The translations under genes were made by a program, and so were the position numbers. Shown here piece by piece: positions 9,307 through 19,866 of a DNA stretch of 64,000 bases. The notes below the pieces were generated by a model that saw only the letters and a program-made list of their open reading frames with translations, had not been told where the DNA came from and ran no database searches. Positions within the stretch are counted from its first letter, which is position 1. Each line of letters opens with the position of its first letter. This DNA is from Candidatus Eiseniibacteriota bacterium (GTDB lineage: Bacteria; Eisenbacteria; RBG-16-71-46; CAZAMP01): positions 416,001 through 480,000 of the forward strand of contig OZ245046.1 in NCBI GenBank assembly GCA_965224245.1. Direction: 5' to 3'.

Positions 9307-10545
9307 ATGCGAATCGGTCTGATCCTGATGCTGTCCCTGCTCGTCGTCTCCAGCGGCCGCGCGATCGTCGTGCGTCACGATCGCGCCGACGCCGACTTCC
9401 TGACGTCGTCGGCGGAGTTTCCGATGGTGGCGCGGGTCGGCGCCGCGATGGGCACCCTGATCGCGCCTCGCTGGGTGCTGACCGCCGCGCACGTGGCCGA
9501 CGGCGTCTCGACCGGTGTCGGTGACGTCCGCTTCGGGGACCACGCGGTCGCCGTCGCCGACGTCTACGTTCATCCCGACTACGCGCGCGGCGAGGACCAT
9601 CGCGACCTGGCGCTGATCGAGCTGGTCGAGCCGATCGACGGCATCGTTCCCGTGTCCGTCCATCGCGAACCCGACGAGCTCGGGCGCCGGATGACGCTGG
9701 TGGGTACCGGTATCGCCGGCACCGGTCTCACGGGGCCCGCGGGAGAGGGCGGAACCTGGCGACGCGCTCGGAACGTCGTCGATGGAGTGCAACCGGGCTG
9801 GCTCTCGCTCCGGTTCGACGCACCGCCGGACGGCGACGACCTGGAAGGGATCAGCGGGCCGGGAGACAGCGGAGGACCGGCACTCGTTCGCGTCGGCGAG
9901 GCGTGGCACGTGGCCGGCGTGAGCGCCTACAACGACGGCGGCGAGCTGTGCCGGTACGGGACCGTCGATCACTACTCGCGAGTCGCGGACGAGGTCGACT
10001 GGATCGAGGCGGTCATGCGGGGTGACGTCGCCCCGGGACGAGCGCCGGGCGTGCTCCGGTACGGCAAGACCGCGGACGGTCAGACGACCGTCACCCGCGA
10101 GGAGATCACGAGCACGTCGGTTTCATCCCGAGAGGACGTCGAGACCTGGGACGTGGTCGCCGCGCTGTCCGCGAGCCTCCAGGACGAGGATACCGGTGCC
10201 TACGAGGCGCTGTTCGCGGACGCATACCTCGCGCGACGGCGCAGCACCGGGGATCCGCTCGCCGCGGTGCATGCCTTCATGCGGGACGTGATCGGCGTTC
10301 ACGGCGCCATCACCGGGTTCCATGCGCTCTCCGGCGAGGCGTTCGAGATCCCCGAGTCCGCGCATCCGCTTCGTGCGGTCACGTTTCATCTCGCCGATGG
10401 CACATCGGGCTACGTCGGCCTTGCGATCGACGATGACGGCAAGATCGACCACCTGTCCCTGTTCGTTCAGCCGGGGATCTGTCGGAAGCCGCACCCGTGT
10501 CCACTGTCGAGATCGCTGGACGAGAGACGACCCGGGGGACGGTGA
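9307..10545 (+). CDS. Secreted trypsin-like (S1) serine protease with C-terminal extension
   Basis: ATG 9307; signal peptide then IVVRHD; WVLTAAH, DLALIEL and GDSGGP catalytic-triad motifs. Confidence 0.9.
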   Translation: MRIGLILMLSLLVVSSGRAIVVRHDRADADFLTSSAEFPMVARVGAAMGTLIAPRWVLTAAHVADGVSTGVGDVRFGDHAVAVADVYVHPDYARGEDHRDLALIELVEPIDGIVPVSVHREPDELGRRMTLVGTGIAGTGLTGPAGEGGTWRRARNVVDGVQPGWLSLRFDAPPDGDDLEGISGPGDSGGPALVRVGEAWHVAGVSAYNDGGELCRYGTVDHYSRVADEVDWIEAVMRGDVAPGRAPGVLRYGKTADGQTTVTREEITSTSVSSREDVETWDVVAALSASLQDEDTGAYEALFADAYLARRRSTGDPLAAVHAFMRDVIGVHGAITGFHALSGEAFEIPESAHPLRAVTFHLADGTSGYVGLAIDDDGKIDHLSLFVQPGICRKPHPCPLSRSLDERRPGGR

Positions 10546-10566
10546 CGCTCGGGGAGACGCAGGCGC

Positions 10567-11223
10567 CTACTCGCCGGAGGCCTCCTCGCCGGAGGCCCCC
10601 TGGCCGGTGATGTCCGCGCCGGTGGTGTCCGCTCCGGCCGCCTCGCCAGGCGCGGCGCCCGCCCGCAGGAGCGTGCCGATCTCTTCGACCCGCGCGATCA
10701 TGTCCGGCGTCTCGGGATCGATCTCGGCCATGCGGGTCTGGACCTTCTCCTGGAAGCCCGCGAGCTCCGCGGCGATCGCCTCGTCGCTCAACGCATCGGC
10801 TTGAAGCTGCTGCAGACCGGTCTGGAGGGCATTGCCCTCGGCTGTGATCGTACGGGCGGCCTCTTCGTCACCCGTCTGACGCGCGTTCATCAGATCCTGC
10901 CCGAGCGACTGCAGCCGGCTCTGCTTCTCGCGGAGCTCGGGATCGGCGGCCAGCATGTGTCCCTCGACGCGGTCCTGTAGAGACGTGTACGCGGCACGGA
11001 GCGAATCGTCGGTCATCGCCCGTTCCTGAACCTGCGCCAGGCGCTGCTGGATCTGCTGATACTCGGCCATGAGCGCGCCCGGGCCGCTTCCCGCGTCGGG
11101 CTCACCCGGGGTGGCATACGGCCGGGAGTCGGCGTCGGCGGACGGCAAATCGGAATCGGAGCCCGAACAGCTCGTGAGGATGAGTGCCAGGAGGGACGTC
11201 GAGATCACGAGCGACGAACGCAT
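10567..11223 (-). CDS. Helical/coiled-coil lipoprotein of unknown function
   Basis: ATG 11223; lipobox LTSC; Gln/Glu-rich helical body. Confidence 0.7.
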   Translation of the reverse strand: MRSSLVISTSLLALILTSCSGSDSDLPSADADSRPYATPGEPDAGSGPGALMAEYQQIQQRLAQVQERAMTDDSLRAAYTSLQDRVEGHMLAADPELREKQSRLQSLGQDLMNARQTGDEEAARTITAEGNALQTGLQQLQADALSDEAIAAELAGFQEKVQTRMAEIDPETPDMIARVEEIGTLLRAGAAPGEAAGADTTGADITGQGASGEEASGE

Positions 11224-11430
11224 GGGGATGACTCCCGTCGGTTCCGGAATGCGGACGCGACGTGAGTGCTCGCCCGGAGGATCGCCCGCGAAGACTCCGA
11301 GTGCCGGGGGAGTGTAGCGGATGCGGCTCGAGAACCCGAGGACCATCCGGGACGGTTGGCGGGCGCCGCGTCACGACCGTCCGCCGTTCGATTCCTCGCG
11401 TGGCGAGCCGCATTCACCGGCGCGACGTCG

Positions 11431-12486
11431 CTATCGGATCACGGTGACGGATCGAACGATGGCCGGCGCGCGCTCACTCGAGAGGCGCACCCGGTAGACG
11501 CCGGACGCGAGCCGTGCCGGCGGCCGCCACGCAACGCGACCGGTCACCGCCGGCGCGATCCCGTCGACGAGGTGGGCGACCTCCCGCCCCCGCGCATCGT
11601 AGATGCGAAGATCGACGGCGCCTCCGCGCGGAGCCTCCCAGCCGATCCATACGCTCTCGCGAACGGGATTCGACGAGAGCTGGAGGATCGGTGTCGACGG
11701 CGGTGCCGGTGCGTTCGTCGGGGCTCCCAGGATCTCGTCGCTGGATGCCGCGAAGTCGTCGAACACGACGTGGGTCGAATCTCGCGTGCCGTTGTTCTGA
11801 AGTGATAGCCAGACCCGTGCCTCGGCGCCCATCGTGAAGCTCTGCGTGTGAATCAGCGCGCCGTCGAAGTAGCCCGAGAGCGTCGAGCCCGTGCGCTCGA
11901 TGCGAAAGTGACCTTCGGTGGCGGTCACCGCACGCGTGCCCGCCCAGCCGGTTGGGGGAACGACGAAGACGTGGACGTTGTGTCCGAAGTGCGACTCGTC
12001 GCTCCGGACCAGGCTGAAGGCCACGCCGTCCAGCGCCACGTTCAGCTGCACCTGGTTTCCCGGCATGCCGTCGATGCGATCGACCAGCGCCTCGGTGAAG
12101 AGAACCTCCACCGAGAAGTCCCCCAGGAGAGGCGGGCGAAACGACACCTGCTGGATCTGCAACGCGTAGTCGCCGCCGACCGGCTTCGAGATCTCGACGG
12201 CTCCATCGGTGTCGTCGACCACGTAGAGCGGTTGATCGGTCGAGAGCTCCCAGAACGCGGGGTCGAGCCCGCTCGCGAAGTCGTCGTCGTAGGTGTCCGC
12301 CGGCACGGGCTCCGGCCATGCCGTGGCCGCCAGCGCCAGCGCTAGCGCCACGATCACGAATCGCGTCGCCGGGTGACCCGAGCGGGGAGACGCAGGGGAC
12401 GGAATGCGGCGGGGCGCTCCCGCCTGGATGAACGTGGCGTCGCGCCGAGCGCGCGGTCCGTCGAGATCGGGGCTCCTCGTCGGCAT
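11431..12486 (-). CDS. Secreted beta-sandwich (ConA/LamG-like) protein with T9SS/FlgD-like C-terminal domain
   Basis: Hydrophobic signal FVIVALALALAATA; DDDF...DFSVEV...FRIERTG...VVFDDF; C-terminus NPVR...IYDARGREV...ASGVYRVRL; start uncertain. Confidence 0.7.
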   Translation of the reverse strand: MPTRSPDLDGPRARRDATFIQAGAPRRIPSPASPRSGHPATRFVIVALALALAATAWPEPVPADTYDDDFASGLDPAFWELSTDQPLYVVDDTDGAVEISKPVGGDYALQIQQVSFRPPLLGDFSVEVLFTEALVDRIDGMPGNQVQLNVALDGVAFSLVRSDESHFGHNVHVFVVPPTGWAGTRAVTATEGHFRIERTGSTLSGYFDGALIHTQSFTMGAEARVWLSLQNNGTRDSTHVVFDDFAASSDEILGAPTNAPAPPSTPILQLSSNPVRESVWIGWEAPRGGAVDLRIYDARGREVAHLVDGIAPAVTGRVAWRPPARLASGVYRVRLSSERAPAIVRSVTVIR

Positions 12487-12865
12487 CGGAATCCTCGCTT
12501 TCCGGGTCGATCCACGGATGCGGGCGGGCCGCGTTGCCCGCCGGCGTCCGTACCAACGCCGGAAATCGGAGAACCGAACATGCGCGGGCCGAAGTCGCAT
12601 ATCCGGTTCCGGCCCAACGCTTTGGGGCGGCCCTCGTGGCCCCGGTCACTCCACGCACACCGGATGGCGGTCACCCGATCGGTCGGAGTGCCGGATCACC
12701 GCCGGACGTGGGGCGATCCGGCTGCCGGCCGTGGCCGGGCGGCCGGATTGGGGAGCGAGGAGCCCCAGATGGGCAGCCCGATCCCGCCGCGCGCCACGAG
12801 GCAGGGCCGCACGGCCGGCACGTCACTTGCGAGGACACAGGTGACTGCTTAAAGGAGTGTATCGC

Positions 12866-14107
12866 ATGTACCGAATGTCGCAGCTCGCCGCGGTCGCCAC
12901 GATCGCCACGATCTCTCTGCCCGTAGCCGTCTCACAGGCGGCGGCTCCCCGCACGCCGGACGCCGACGATCCCGCGCCGCTCGGCATCCGTCTCGGCCCC
13001 GAGGTCGTCACGACCGGGATGTCTCTGCGAAACGGGCGCCCGCTCGTGGAGGTGATGCTGAACGGCGACGGACCCTTCACGCTGCTTCTCGACACGGGGG
13101 CGGGCGTGACGCTGCTCGGTCGCCAGGCGAGTGAGCGACTCCGACTGGAGTCCGTCGGTCGGACCGAGATCGGAGATCCCTCCGATGCCGAGCAGATCGA
13201 CGTGGACGAGGTGCTGCTGAGCCGTGTGGACGTCGGCGACGCCGCCTTCCTGACGGTTCCCGCGGTGGTTCTCGACGATCCGGCGTTCTCCGAGCACCTC
13301 GGCGTGGACGGCGTTCTCGGCATCACGATGTTCCGCGACTGTCTCCTGACGCTGGACTATCCGGCCGAGGAGGTGCGCATCGAGCACGGGAGCCTGCCCG
13401 CCGACGGCGACGACATCGTGCCGATCCGGTGGGGCGAGTCGATCTTCGAGGTCGTGGCGGGGATCGGGGGCGACGCGCACGCGACCCATCTCGACAGCGG
13501 ATCGCCGGCGGGGTTCACGCTCCCCGCGGCGGTGGTCGAGACGCTGCCGCTGCGGTCCGAGCCGGTCGTCGTGGGGCTGGCCCGAACCATCAACGGCGAG
13601 TTCGAGATCCGAGAGGCCCAGCTCGACGGGTCGATCACGATCGGTGACCACGTCTTCGAAGACCCGACGGTCGTGGTCCAGGATCGCTTTCCGTTCGTCA
13701 ACGTGGGGCTCCAGGTGCTGCGCGACTTCGCGATCACGGTCGACCAGCGGGAGAACCGACTCCGGATGACGCGTGGTCGCACATCCCCTCCCACCTCTCC
13801 GGCGGTGGCCAGGGCCGAGCATGCGACCCCCCGGCGACGCGTGGCATCGGCGTCCGGTGGGGAGCCGCCCCGGCTCGGGCTGATGGCGGTGCCGGCCGAC
13901 GGCGGGCTGCGCGTGATGGGCACCGTCCCGGGGCTTCCGGCCGAGACGGCCGGGCTTCTCGCGGGCGATACCGTGACCGCCGTCAACGGGAAGGCCGTCG
14001 AGGCGTATCCGAAGGACGAGCTCGGAGCGGCGCTCCGGTCGCTGCCGCTCACGCTGACCCTCGAGCGCGACGGTGAGGTGTTGAGCGTGGTCGTCGAGCC
14101 GCGCTAG
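12866..14107 (+). CDS. Secreted double retropepsin-like aspartyl protease with PDZ domain
   Basis: AAAGGAG RBS; LLDTGA and HLDSGS motifs; DGVLG; C-terminal PAETAGLLAGD-AVNG PDZ. Confidence 0.85.
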   Translation: MYRMSQLAAVATIATISLPVAVSQAAAPRTPDADDPAPLGIRLGPEVVTTGMSLRNGRPLVEVMLNGDGPFTLLLDTGAGVTLLGRQASERLRLESVGRTEIGDPSDAEQIDVDEVLLSRVDVGDAAFLTVPAVVLDDPAFSEHLGVDGVLGITMFRDCLLTLDYPAEEVRIEHGSLPADGDDIVPIRWGESIFEVVAGIGGDAHATHLDSGSPAGFTLPAAVVETLPLRSEPVVVGLARTINGEFEIREAQLDGSITIGDHVFEDPTVVVQDRFPFVNVGLQVLRDFAITVDQRENRLRMTRGRTSPPTSPAVARAEHATPRRRVASASGGEPPRLGLMAVPADGGLRVMGTVPGLPAETAGLLAGDTVTAVNGKAVEAYPKDELGAALRSLPLTLTLERDGEVLSVVVEPR

Positions 14108-14369
14108 CGATACCGGTCGTTCTCCACCGAAACCGATGATCCCGGCGTCGTCGGCTCGTATCTGGGGCGATCGCCCCGTCCCGAGCCGCGTACCGGTCCG
14201 CGCGTCGCGGTGCAAACCGCGAAAGCCGATGGGTACGCCGGCACCCCACATGCGATAGGATACCGCGCACGAGATATCGCTCCGCCGGCCCGCATCCGAT
14301 GCGACGCTCGACGCTCGCCGGCCGGAGCAGGATGCCCATTCCGGATCGGACGCTCTCGAGGGACAGACG

Positions 14370-15962
14370 ATGGACGCTCCCGGCCGGGGTGAAGAACGTC
14401 GTGTGGGTCTGTATCTGGCGGCCGTGGCGGTGACCCTGCTCGCCGGCTACGTGCTCACGCTGGCGCGGGTGCACACCTGGGATGCGATCGCCTACACCGC
14501 GAGCGTGAACGGTTCGGCGCTGGGTGGGCACGACTATCAGTCGACCGAGCGGTTCCATCCCCAGCACCTGCTGTTCGTGCCGTTCGCCCAGGGGGTTCGC
14601 GCGCTCCTGGGCCTGATCGGTGTCGAGAGCCACGACCCGTTCCTGCCCATCCAGCTCATGAACGCGCTCTTCGGCGCTGCCGGCGCGTGGCTGCTGGGGC
14701 GCATCGCGTGGCGGCGATCGGGTCACGTCCCGACGGCGCTGGCCATCGCCACGCTCTACGGGATGTCGAACGCGGTGTGGATGTATTCCACGGACGTCGA
14801 CGTCATGCTGCCCACGCTGTTCTTCGCGATCCTCGCCACCTGGCTCTCGTTGGGTCGCTCGCGGGGCCGGTGGATTCTCGTGGCGGTCACGGCGGCCGCC
14901 GCGGTGACGATGCATCAGGTCGCGATCCTGTTCTGTGCGTCGATCCCGCTGATCGAGCTCGCACCCGGGGGCGGCCGCGACGCCGTGTCGCGCGCGGTGC
15001 GGCTGGCGATCGGGATCGCGCTCCTGGTGGTCGGTGCGTACGTCGCGGTGACGGCGATCGCGCTCGGACTTCCGCTGCGTGACGCCGCCGCGTGGAGCGT
15101 GTCGGCCAGCGCGCCCGCCGAGCTCTTCTCGACACCCCTTCGCTGGACGCTGATCAACGGCGCGCGCACGTTCCTGAACGCATTCGTCGCCGTCAACGGC
15201 CTCCCTCCGATGCGGGCGCTCGTCGACGACGTGCGCGGCCTCTCGCTGCTGGTCGCCGCGGGCGTGGGATCGGCCGGTGTCCTGGTGATGTTCCTGCGCG
15301 TGGCGGTCTCGATCCCGCGACTGGTCACGTCCGGTGCCCCGCTGCCGCGCGTCTGCATGGTGTGGCTCGCATTCCTGGTCGCGTTCATCCTGTGGTTCCA
15401 GTCCGACAAGCTCGATCACTGGATCTACGCGGTGCCGCCGGTGCTCCTGCTCACGACCGAGGCGCGGCTGCAGCCCATCCGGTACGGCCGGTTCCTGAGT
15501 CACCTACGCTGGATCACCTGGACCTTCCTGGTCGCCGTGCTCTGGCTCAACCTCGCTCACGGGGCGCTCCCGCGCCGGAACGAGGCGACCGCCCGCTATG
15601 CCGGGGCCGTGGAGTGGACACGTCGCCTGGCGGAGCCGGGTGACGTGGTCCTCTACGACGGGACCGACTACCGGCCCATCGTGCACCTCGCCGTCCCGTT
15701 CTTCACCGGCGTCGATCTGATCGACTTCGCCAGCACCGACGTCGACGAGGCGCTCCATCGGGTGTACGACGCGCTCGCGAGAGGACATGCCGTGTACATC
15801 ACGATCGAGCACGCGCCGCTGGACCTGATGGTGGCGCTCGAGCTCCAGGGCGTGACGGTGGGGGAGCCGGCGGCCGACCATCCCCTGGCGTTTCGTCTCG
15901 ACCTGGCCGACGATGACGGCGCCAGCGATCACTCCCGTCGGCCGATCCAGGAGAGCCCATGA
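14370..15962 (+). CDS. Polytopic membrane protein, GT-C (ArnT/DUF2723-like) glycosyltransferase
   Basis: TWDAIAY loop after TM1, HPQHLLF, many TM helices, soluble C-terminal domain. Confidence 0.65.
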   Translation: MDAPGRGEERRVGLYLAAVAVTLLAGYVLTLARVHTWDAIAYTASVNGSALGGHDYQSTERFHPQHLLFVPFAQGVRALLGLIGVESHDPFLPIQLMNALFGAAGAWLLGRIAWRRSGHVPTALAIATLYGMSNAVWMYSTDVDVMLPTLFFAILATWLSLGRSRGRWILVAVTAAAAVTMHQVAILFCASIPLIELAPGGGRDAVSRAVRLAIGIALLVVGAYVAVTAIALGLPLRDAAAWSVSASAPAELFSTPLRWTLINGARTFLNAFVAVNGLPPMRALVDDVRGLSLLVAAGVGSAGVLVMFLRVAVSIPRLVTSGAPLPRVCMVWLAFLVAFILWFQSDKLDHWIYAVPPVLLLTTEARLQPIRYGRFLSHLRWITWTFLVAVLWLNLAHGALPRRNEATARYAGAVEWTRRLAEPGDVVLYDGTDYRPIVHLAVPFFTGVDLIDFASTDVDEALHRVYDALARGHAVYITIEHAPLDLMVALELQGVTVGEPAADHPLAFRLDLADDDGASDHSRRPIQESP

Positions 15963-16369
15963 GGTGGCAGAAGCTGATCCCGATCCTGCTGTTCGCCGTG
16001 GTGATCGTCTACCTGATCCGGGCGCTGCCCGGGAGCTTCAGCACCGACCTGTCGCGGATCGGATCCACGCAGGTGACCGTCGTCGCCGTCCACGACCTCA
16101 ACCTGGTCGCCAGCACGCGCATGATGAGCACGCTGGACCGCGCGAAGGACCGCTTCGACGAGCGGGTGCTGATCCTCGTGGCCGACGTCAACACGCGAAA
16201 TGGCCGTGCGTTCGCCGAGAATCACGCCGCGCCTCCGGCCACGCTGCTCGTGTTCGACGCCGCCGGCGAGAAGATCGACACGATCAGAGGGGACGTCGAC
16301 GACGCGGAGGTCGCCGAGCGGGTCGGCCACGCGTTCGCCACGACGACGTCGTCCCCGGTGATCCCGTGA
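15959..16369 (+). CDS. Membrane-anchored thioredoxin-like-fold protein without CXXC
   Basis: ATGA overlap with upstream gene; N-terminal TM; PATLLVFDAAGEKI resembles the thioredoxin C-terminal strand motif. Confidence 0.6.
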   Translation: MRWQKLIPILLFAVVIVYLIRALPGSFSTDLSRIGSTQVTVVAVHDLNLVASTRMMSTLDRAKDRFDERVLILVADVNTRNGRAFAENHAAPPATLLVFDAAGEKIDTIRGDVDDAEVAERVGHAFATTTSSPVIP

Positions 16370-17067
16370 AGACGATCGGCATCCTCGGAGGCTTCGGACC
16401 CGATGCCACGATCGAGCTCGAGCGACGGATCCTCGAGGAGTCCCGGCGGCGCATTCCGCCGGCCCTCAACGGCGGCTATCCGCCCGTGGTCACGTTTCAC
16501 CTGCGGCACCCGCCGGTTCGACACGAGCACGGAGCGCCGCCCGCGGGACCGCTCCGCATCGACGATCGCGTGCTGGAGGCGGCCCGCCGGCTCGGCGCGC
16601 TGGCCGATCTCCTGATCATCGGGGCGAACGCGCCGCACCTCTTCGCCGACGAGATCGCTGCCGCAGCCGGTTGCGAGGTCGTCAGCATGGTGGACGTCGT
16701 GGTCGAGGAGATCCGACGGCGCCCGGTGGCTCCGGTCGGCCTCCTCGGGCTCGGGGTCCCGGAGGCCTACGTGAAACGGCTCGACCGTGAGGGGATCGCG
16801 ACCGTCGTGGCCGATCCCCAGGCCCGGCGGGACCTCGACGAGGGCATCCTGCGGACGCTGGAGGGTCGCACCACGGACACACACCGCGAGGCGGCCCGCG
16901 AGGCGGTGCGGTCGGTGCGCGCACGGGGGGCGCAGGCGACCGTCCTCGGGTGCACCGAGATCCCGATCCTCCTGGCCACCGGGGCCGTCGCGCCGGATCT
17001 GATCGATCCCGGCCCGCTCGTCGTCCGCGCGGCCGTCGCACGCGCGATCGACGAGAGCACCGCTTGA
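16366..17067 (+). CDS. Aspartate/glutamate racemase family protein
   Basis: GTGA overlap; KTIGILGGFGPDAT; LGCTEIP; first active-site motif reads GANAPH. Confidence 0.85.
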   Translation: MKTIGILGGFGPDATIELERRILEESRRRIPPALNGGYPPVVTFHLRHPPVRHEHGAPPAGPLRIDDRVLEAARRLGALADLLIIGANAPHLFADEIAAAAGCEVVSMVDVVVEEIRRRPVAPVGLLGLGVPEAYVKRLDREGIATVVADPQARRDLDEGILRTLEGRTTDTHREAAREAVRSVRARGAQATVLGCTEIPILLATGAVAPDLIDPGPLVVRAAVARAIDESTA

Positions 17068-17166
17068 CCGGATCCGCCGTCTCCTGCACCATCGTCCGCC
17101 CCTGTCCAGCCCCGACGACGTCCGGCGTGCCGATCGGCGCGCCCCCAGCGAGGTGAGTCTCCCGGC

Positions 17167-18858
17167 ATGATCTCGGTATCCGGTCTCGAGAAGAGCTACG
17201 GCGCGAACGTGCTGTTCTCCGGCGTCACGTTCCTCCTCAATCCGGGTGAGCGCTACGGCCTCGTCGGCGCGAACGGATCGGGGAAGACGACGCTGCTCCG
17301 GATCCTGTGCGGCGACGAGGAGCCCACCGCGGGGACCGTCTCGATCCCCAAGCGCCTCGAGCTGGGGCTCTTGCGCCAGGATCAGTTCCTGTACGAGGAC
17401 GAGGAGATTCTCGGGGTCGCGATGCGCGGAAACCCCGAGCTGTGGGAGGCGATCGTCGAGAAGGAGCGGCTCTTCGAGCACGAGGGCGATGCGTTCGACA
17501 CAGAGCGGTTTGCCGTGCTGGAGGAGACCATCCAGCGACACGACGGCTACGCGGCCGAGGCGAGGGCGGCGGAGATCCTGGAGGGCCTGGGGTTCCCGGC
17601 CGAGGTCCACCGGAGACCGATGTCCTCGCTGTCGGGCGGGTTCAAGCTCCGCGTGCTCCTGGCGCAGGCGCTGGCCGGACAGCCCGACGCGCTGCTCCTC
17701 GACGAGCCGACCAACCACCTGGACATCCTGTCGCTGCGCTGGCTGGAGAAGTTCCTGCGCGAGTTCAAGGGACCGCTCGTGGTGATCTCACACGATCACC
17801 GGTTCCTGGACAACGTCGTCACCCACATCCTCGACGTCGACTACCAGACCGTCACCCGGTACACGGGCAGCTACACCGACTTCGAGCGCCTGAAGCTCGA
17901 GGAGCGCGAGCGGCGCGAGAAGGAGATCCAGAAACGCGAGCGCGAGATCGCCCACCACCAGGAGTTCGTCGACCGGTTCCGCGCGAAGGCGAGCAAGGCG
18001 CGCCAGGCTCAGAGCAAGCTGCGGTTCATCGAGAAGCGGTCGGAAGAGCTCGTCGAGCTACCGCAGAGTTCGCGGCGCTACCCGGTGTTCCGGTTCGCGC
18101 AGCGGCGTCCCAGCGGCCGGGACGTGCTCCGGATTCGCGGCATCGAGAAGTCCTACGGCGAGAACCGCGTGCTACACGGCGTCGATCTGGAGGTGCGCCG
18201 CGGCGATCGGCTGGCCATCATGGGACCGAACGGCATTGGCAAGTCCACGCTCCTCAAGATCGTCATGGGCGACCTCGCGCCCGATGCGGGCGAGGTGGAG
18301 TGGGGCTACGAGACGCACCCGAGCTACTTCGCACAGGATCATCACGAGCAGTTCGACCAGCCGAAGCAGACCGCCTACGAGTGGATCTCCGGGTGCTGTG
18401 AGGGGCAGACCACCGGATACGTCCGAAGTGCGCTGGGACGCGCGCTGTTCTCGGGCGAGGACGCCGAGAAGCGTTTGGGCACGCTCTCCGGCGGCGAAGC
18501 GGCGCGGCTCGTGTTCTGCCGGATCTCGATGCAGATGCCCAACGTGCTGGTGCTCGACGAGCCCACGAACCACCTCGACCTCGAGTCGATCACCGCGCTC
18601 GTGGATGCGTTGAAGGACTACGACGGCACGCTGATCCTGGTCTCCCACGATCGGTGGTTCATCTCGCGTCTGGCCACGCGGATCGTCGAGATCTCGGCCG
18701 CCGGCATCCGGGACTACCGGGGGACGTACGAGGAGTACGTGCACGCGTGCGGCGACGATCATCTGGACGTCGACACGGTCGTGCTCGCGGCACGGCGCGA
18801 GAAGCGATCGGCGAGACGCCGCAAGAGCGCCGGCGCGAAGTCCGATTCGACGAGCTGA
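17167..18858 (+). CDS. ABC-F family ATP-binding protein (YbiT-like)
   Basis: Two ABC cassettes (GANGSGKT, LSGG, LLLDEPTNHLD; GPNGIGKST, LSGGE, VLDEPTNHLD), inter-ABC linker KARQAQS, no TM. Confidence 0.95.
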   Translation: MISVSGLEKSYGANVLFSGVTFLLNPGERYGLVGANGSGKTTLLRILCGDEEPTAGTVSIPKRLELGLLRQDQFLYEDEEILGVAMRGNPELWEAIVEKERLFEHEGDAFDTERFAVLEETIQRHDGYAAEARAAEILEGLGFPAEVHRRPMSSLSGGFKLRVLLAQALAGQPDALLLDEPTNHLDILSLRWLEKFLREFKGPLVVISHDHRFLDNVVTHILDVDYQTVTRYTGSYTDFERLKLEERERREKEIQKREREIAHHQEFVDRFRAKASKARQAQSKLRFIEKRSEELVELPQSSRRYPVFRFAQRRPSGRDVLRIRGIEKSYGENRVLHGVDLEVRRGDRLAIMGPNGIGKSTLLKIVMGDLAPDAGEVEWGYETHPSYFAQDHHEQFDQPKQTAYEWISGCCEGQTTGYVRSALGRALFSGEDAEKRLGTLSGGEAARLVFCRISMQMPNVLVLDEPTNHLDLESITALVDALKDYDGTLILVSHDRWFISRLATRIVEISAAGIRDYRGTYEEYVHACGDDHLDVDTVVLAARREKRSARRRKSAGAKSDSTS

Positions 18859-19049
18859 CGCCCGGCGGGGCCGCGCCTCGCCGCACACCACTCGGCCATC
18901 CCGATCCCCTGTCGCGAGTCTCCTCTGGATGTGTGCCGGGAGAGGTCTATGATGGGGCACCGAGCGAGGACGTCGCGGCCGCGATCGACGCTCCGTCGTG
19001 CGGTCACGCGACGTCCAGAGCCAACCTCTCAACGATCGCGGAGGACGCC

Positions 19050-19802
19050 ATGTACGCGACGGGGATCACGCCGCGCGCTCTGAGCGGGCTTGCGCTGGCC
19101 GGGTTGATCTGGGTGGTGGGCTGTTCCGGTGGTGGCGGAGGCGACGCGCCGCGAGACGCGACGCCTGACACCCGGGCGATGGACACCGACGTGTCGGCGC
19201 CGGTCGACACCGATGTGTCCTCGCCGCCGGCGTCTCCGCCCGGTGCGACGTCCGCCGAGCTCTCCGATGCGACGTTCGGGGACACCAGCCCCTCGGAGCC
19301 ACCCCCGGATCCGCGGGCCGGGTCGACGCACGAGCCGTCGGCGAGTGACGACGTGGCGCCCGCAAGCGACGACGTGGCGCCCGCAAGCGACGACGTGGCG
19401 CCGGAGAGCGACGGCTCCGCACCGGCGAGCGAGGACGCCGCAGATCAGGCGGCGTCGGTCTCCGACGGTTCCGCCGTCGACGGCCCGGTGGCGGTGGCCG
19501 ACACCAAGCCGGGGCTCACGCGCATCGGGGCGGTCAAGTGCAAGATCTGTCACAAGGTGCAGTACGCGTCGTGGGCGGAGTCGGAGCACGCCCTGCGCAC
19601 GCCACCTCTCGACTGCGAGTCCTGTCACGGCTCGGGCAGCGAGTACAAGAAGAAGTCGATCATGCAGGATCCGGAGCTCGCGCGTGCCGCAGGCCTCGTG
19701 ATTCCCGACCGGTCGTTCTGCACGGGCGGCCCGTGTCACCAGGACGGGTGGGAGGACGACATGATCGAGCGCGCGCACGCCCACGCGACCGAGGACGATT
19801 GA
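19050..19802 (+). CDS. Lipoprotein c-type cytochrome (c554-like, 2 CXXCH + 1 CX4CH) on a long low-complexity stalk
   Basis: ATG 19050 after GGAGG; lipobox VVGC; CKICH, CESCHGSGS, CTGGPCH. Confidence 0.8.
   Translation: MYATGITPRALSGLALAGLIWVVGCSGGGGGDAPRDATPDTRAMDTDVSAPVDTDVSSPPASPPGATSAELSDATFGDTSPSEPPPDPRAGSTHEPSASDDVAPASDDVAPASDDVAPESDGSAPASEDAADQAASVSDGSAVDGPVAVADTKPGLTRIGAVKCKICHKVQYASWAESEHALRTPPLDCESCHGSGSEYKKKSIMQDPELARAAGLVIPDRSFCTGGPCHQDGWEDDMIERAHAHATEDD
19347..19402 (+). repeat. 21-bp tandem repeat (GACGACGTGGCGCCCGCAAGC x ~2.7) encoding DDVAPAS
   Basis: Read directly in the sequence. Confidence 0.85.
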
Positions 19803-19866
19803 CGTACCCTCGACGCGGCGGCAGCCCCCTTCGCGGAGGCCGCCGCACCGACGAGACGAGCCGGGT

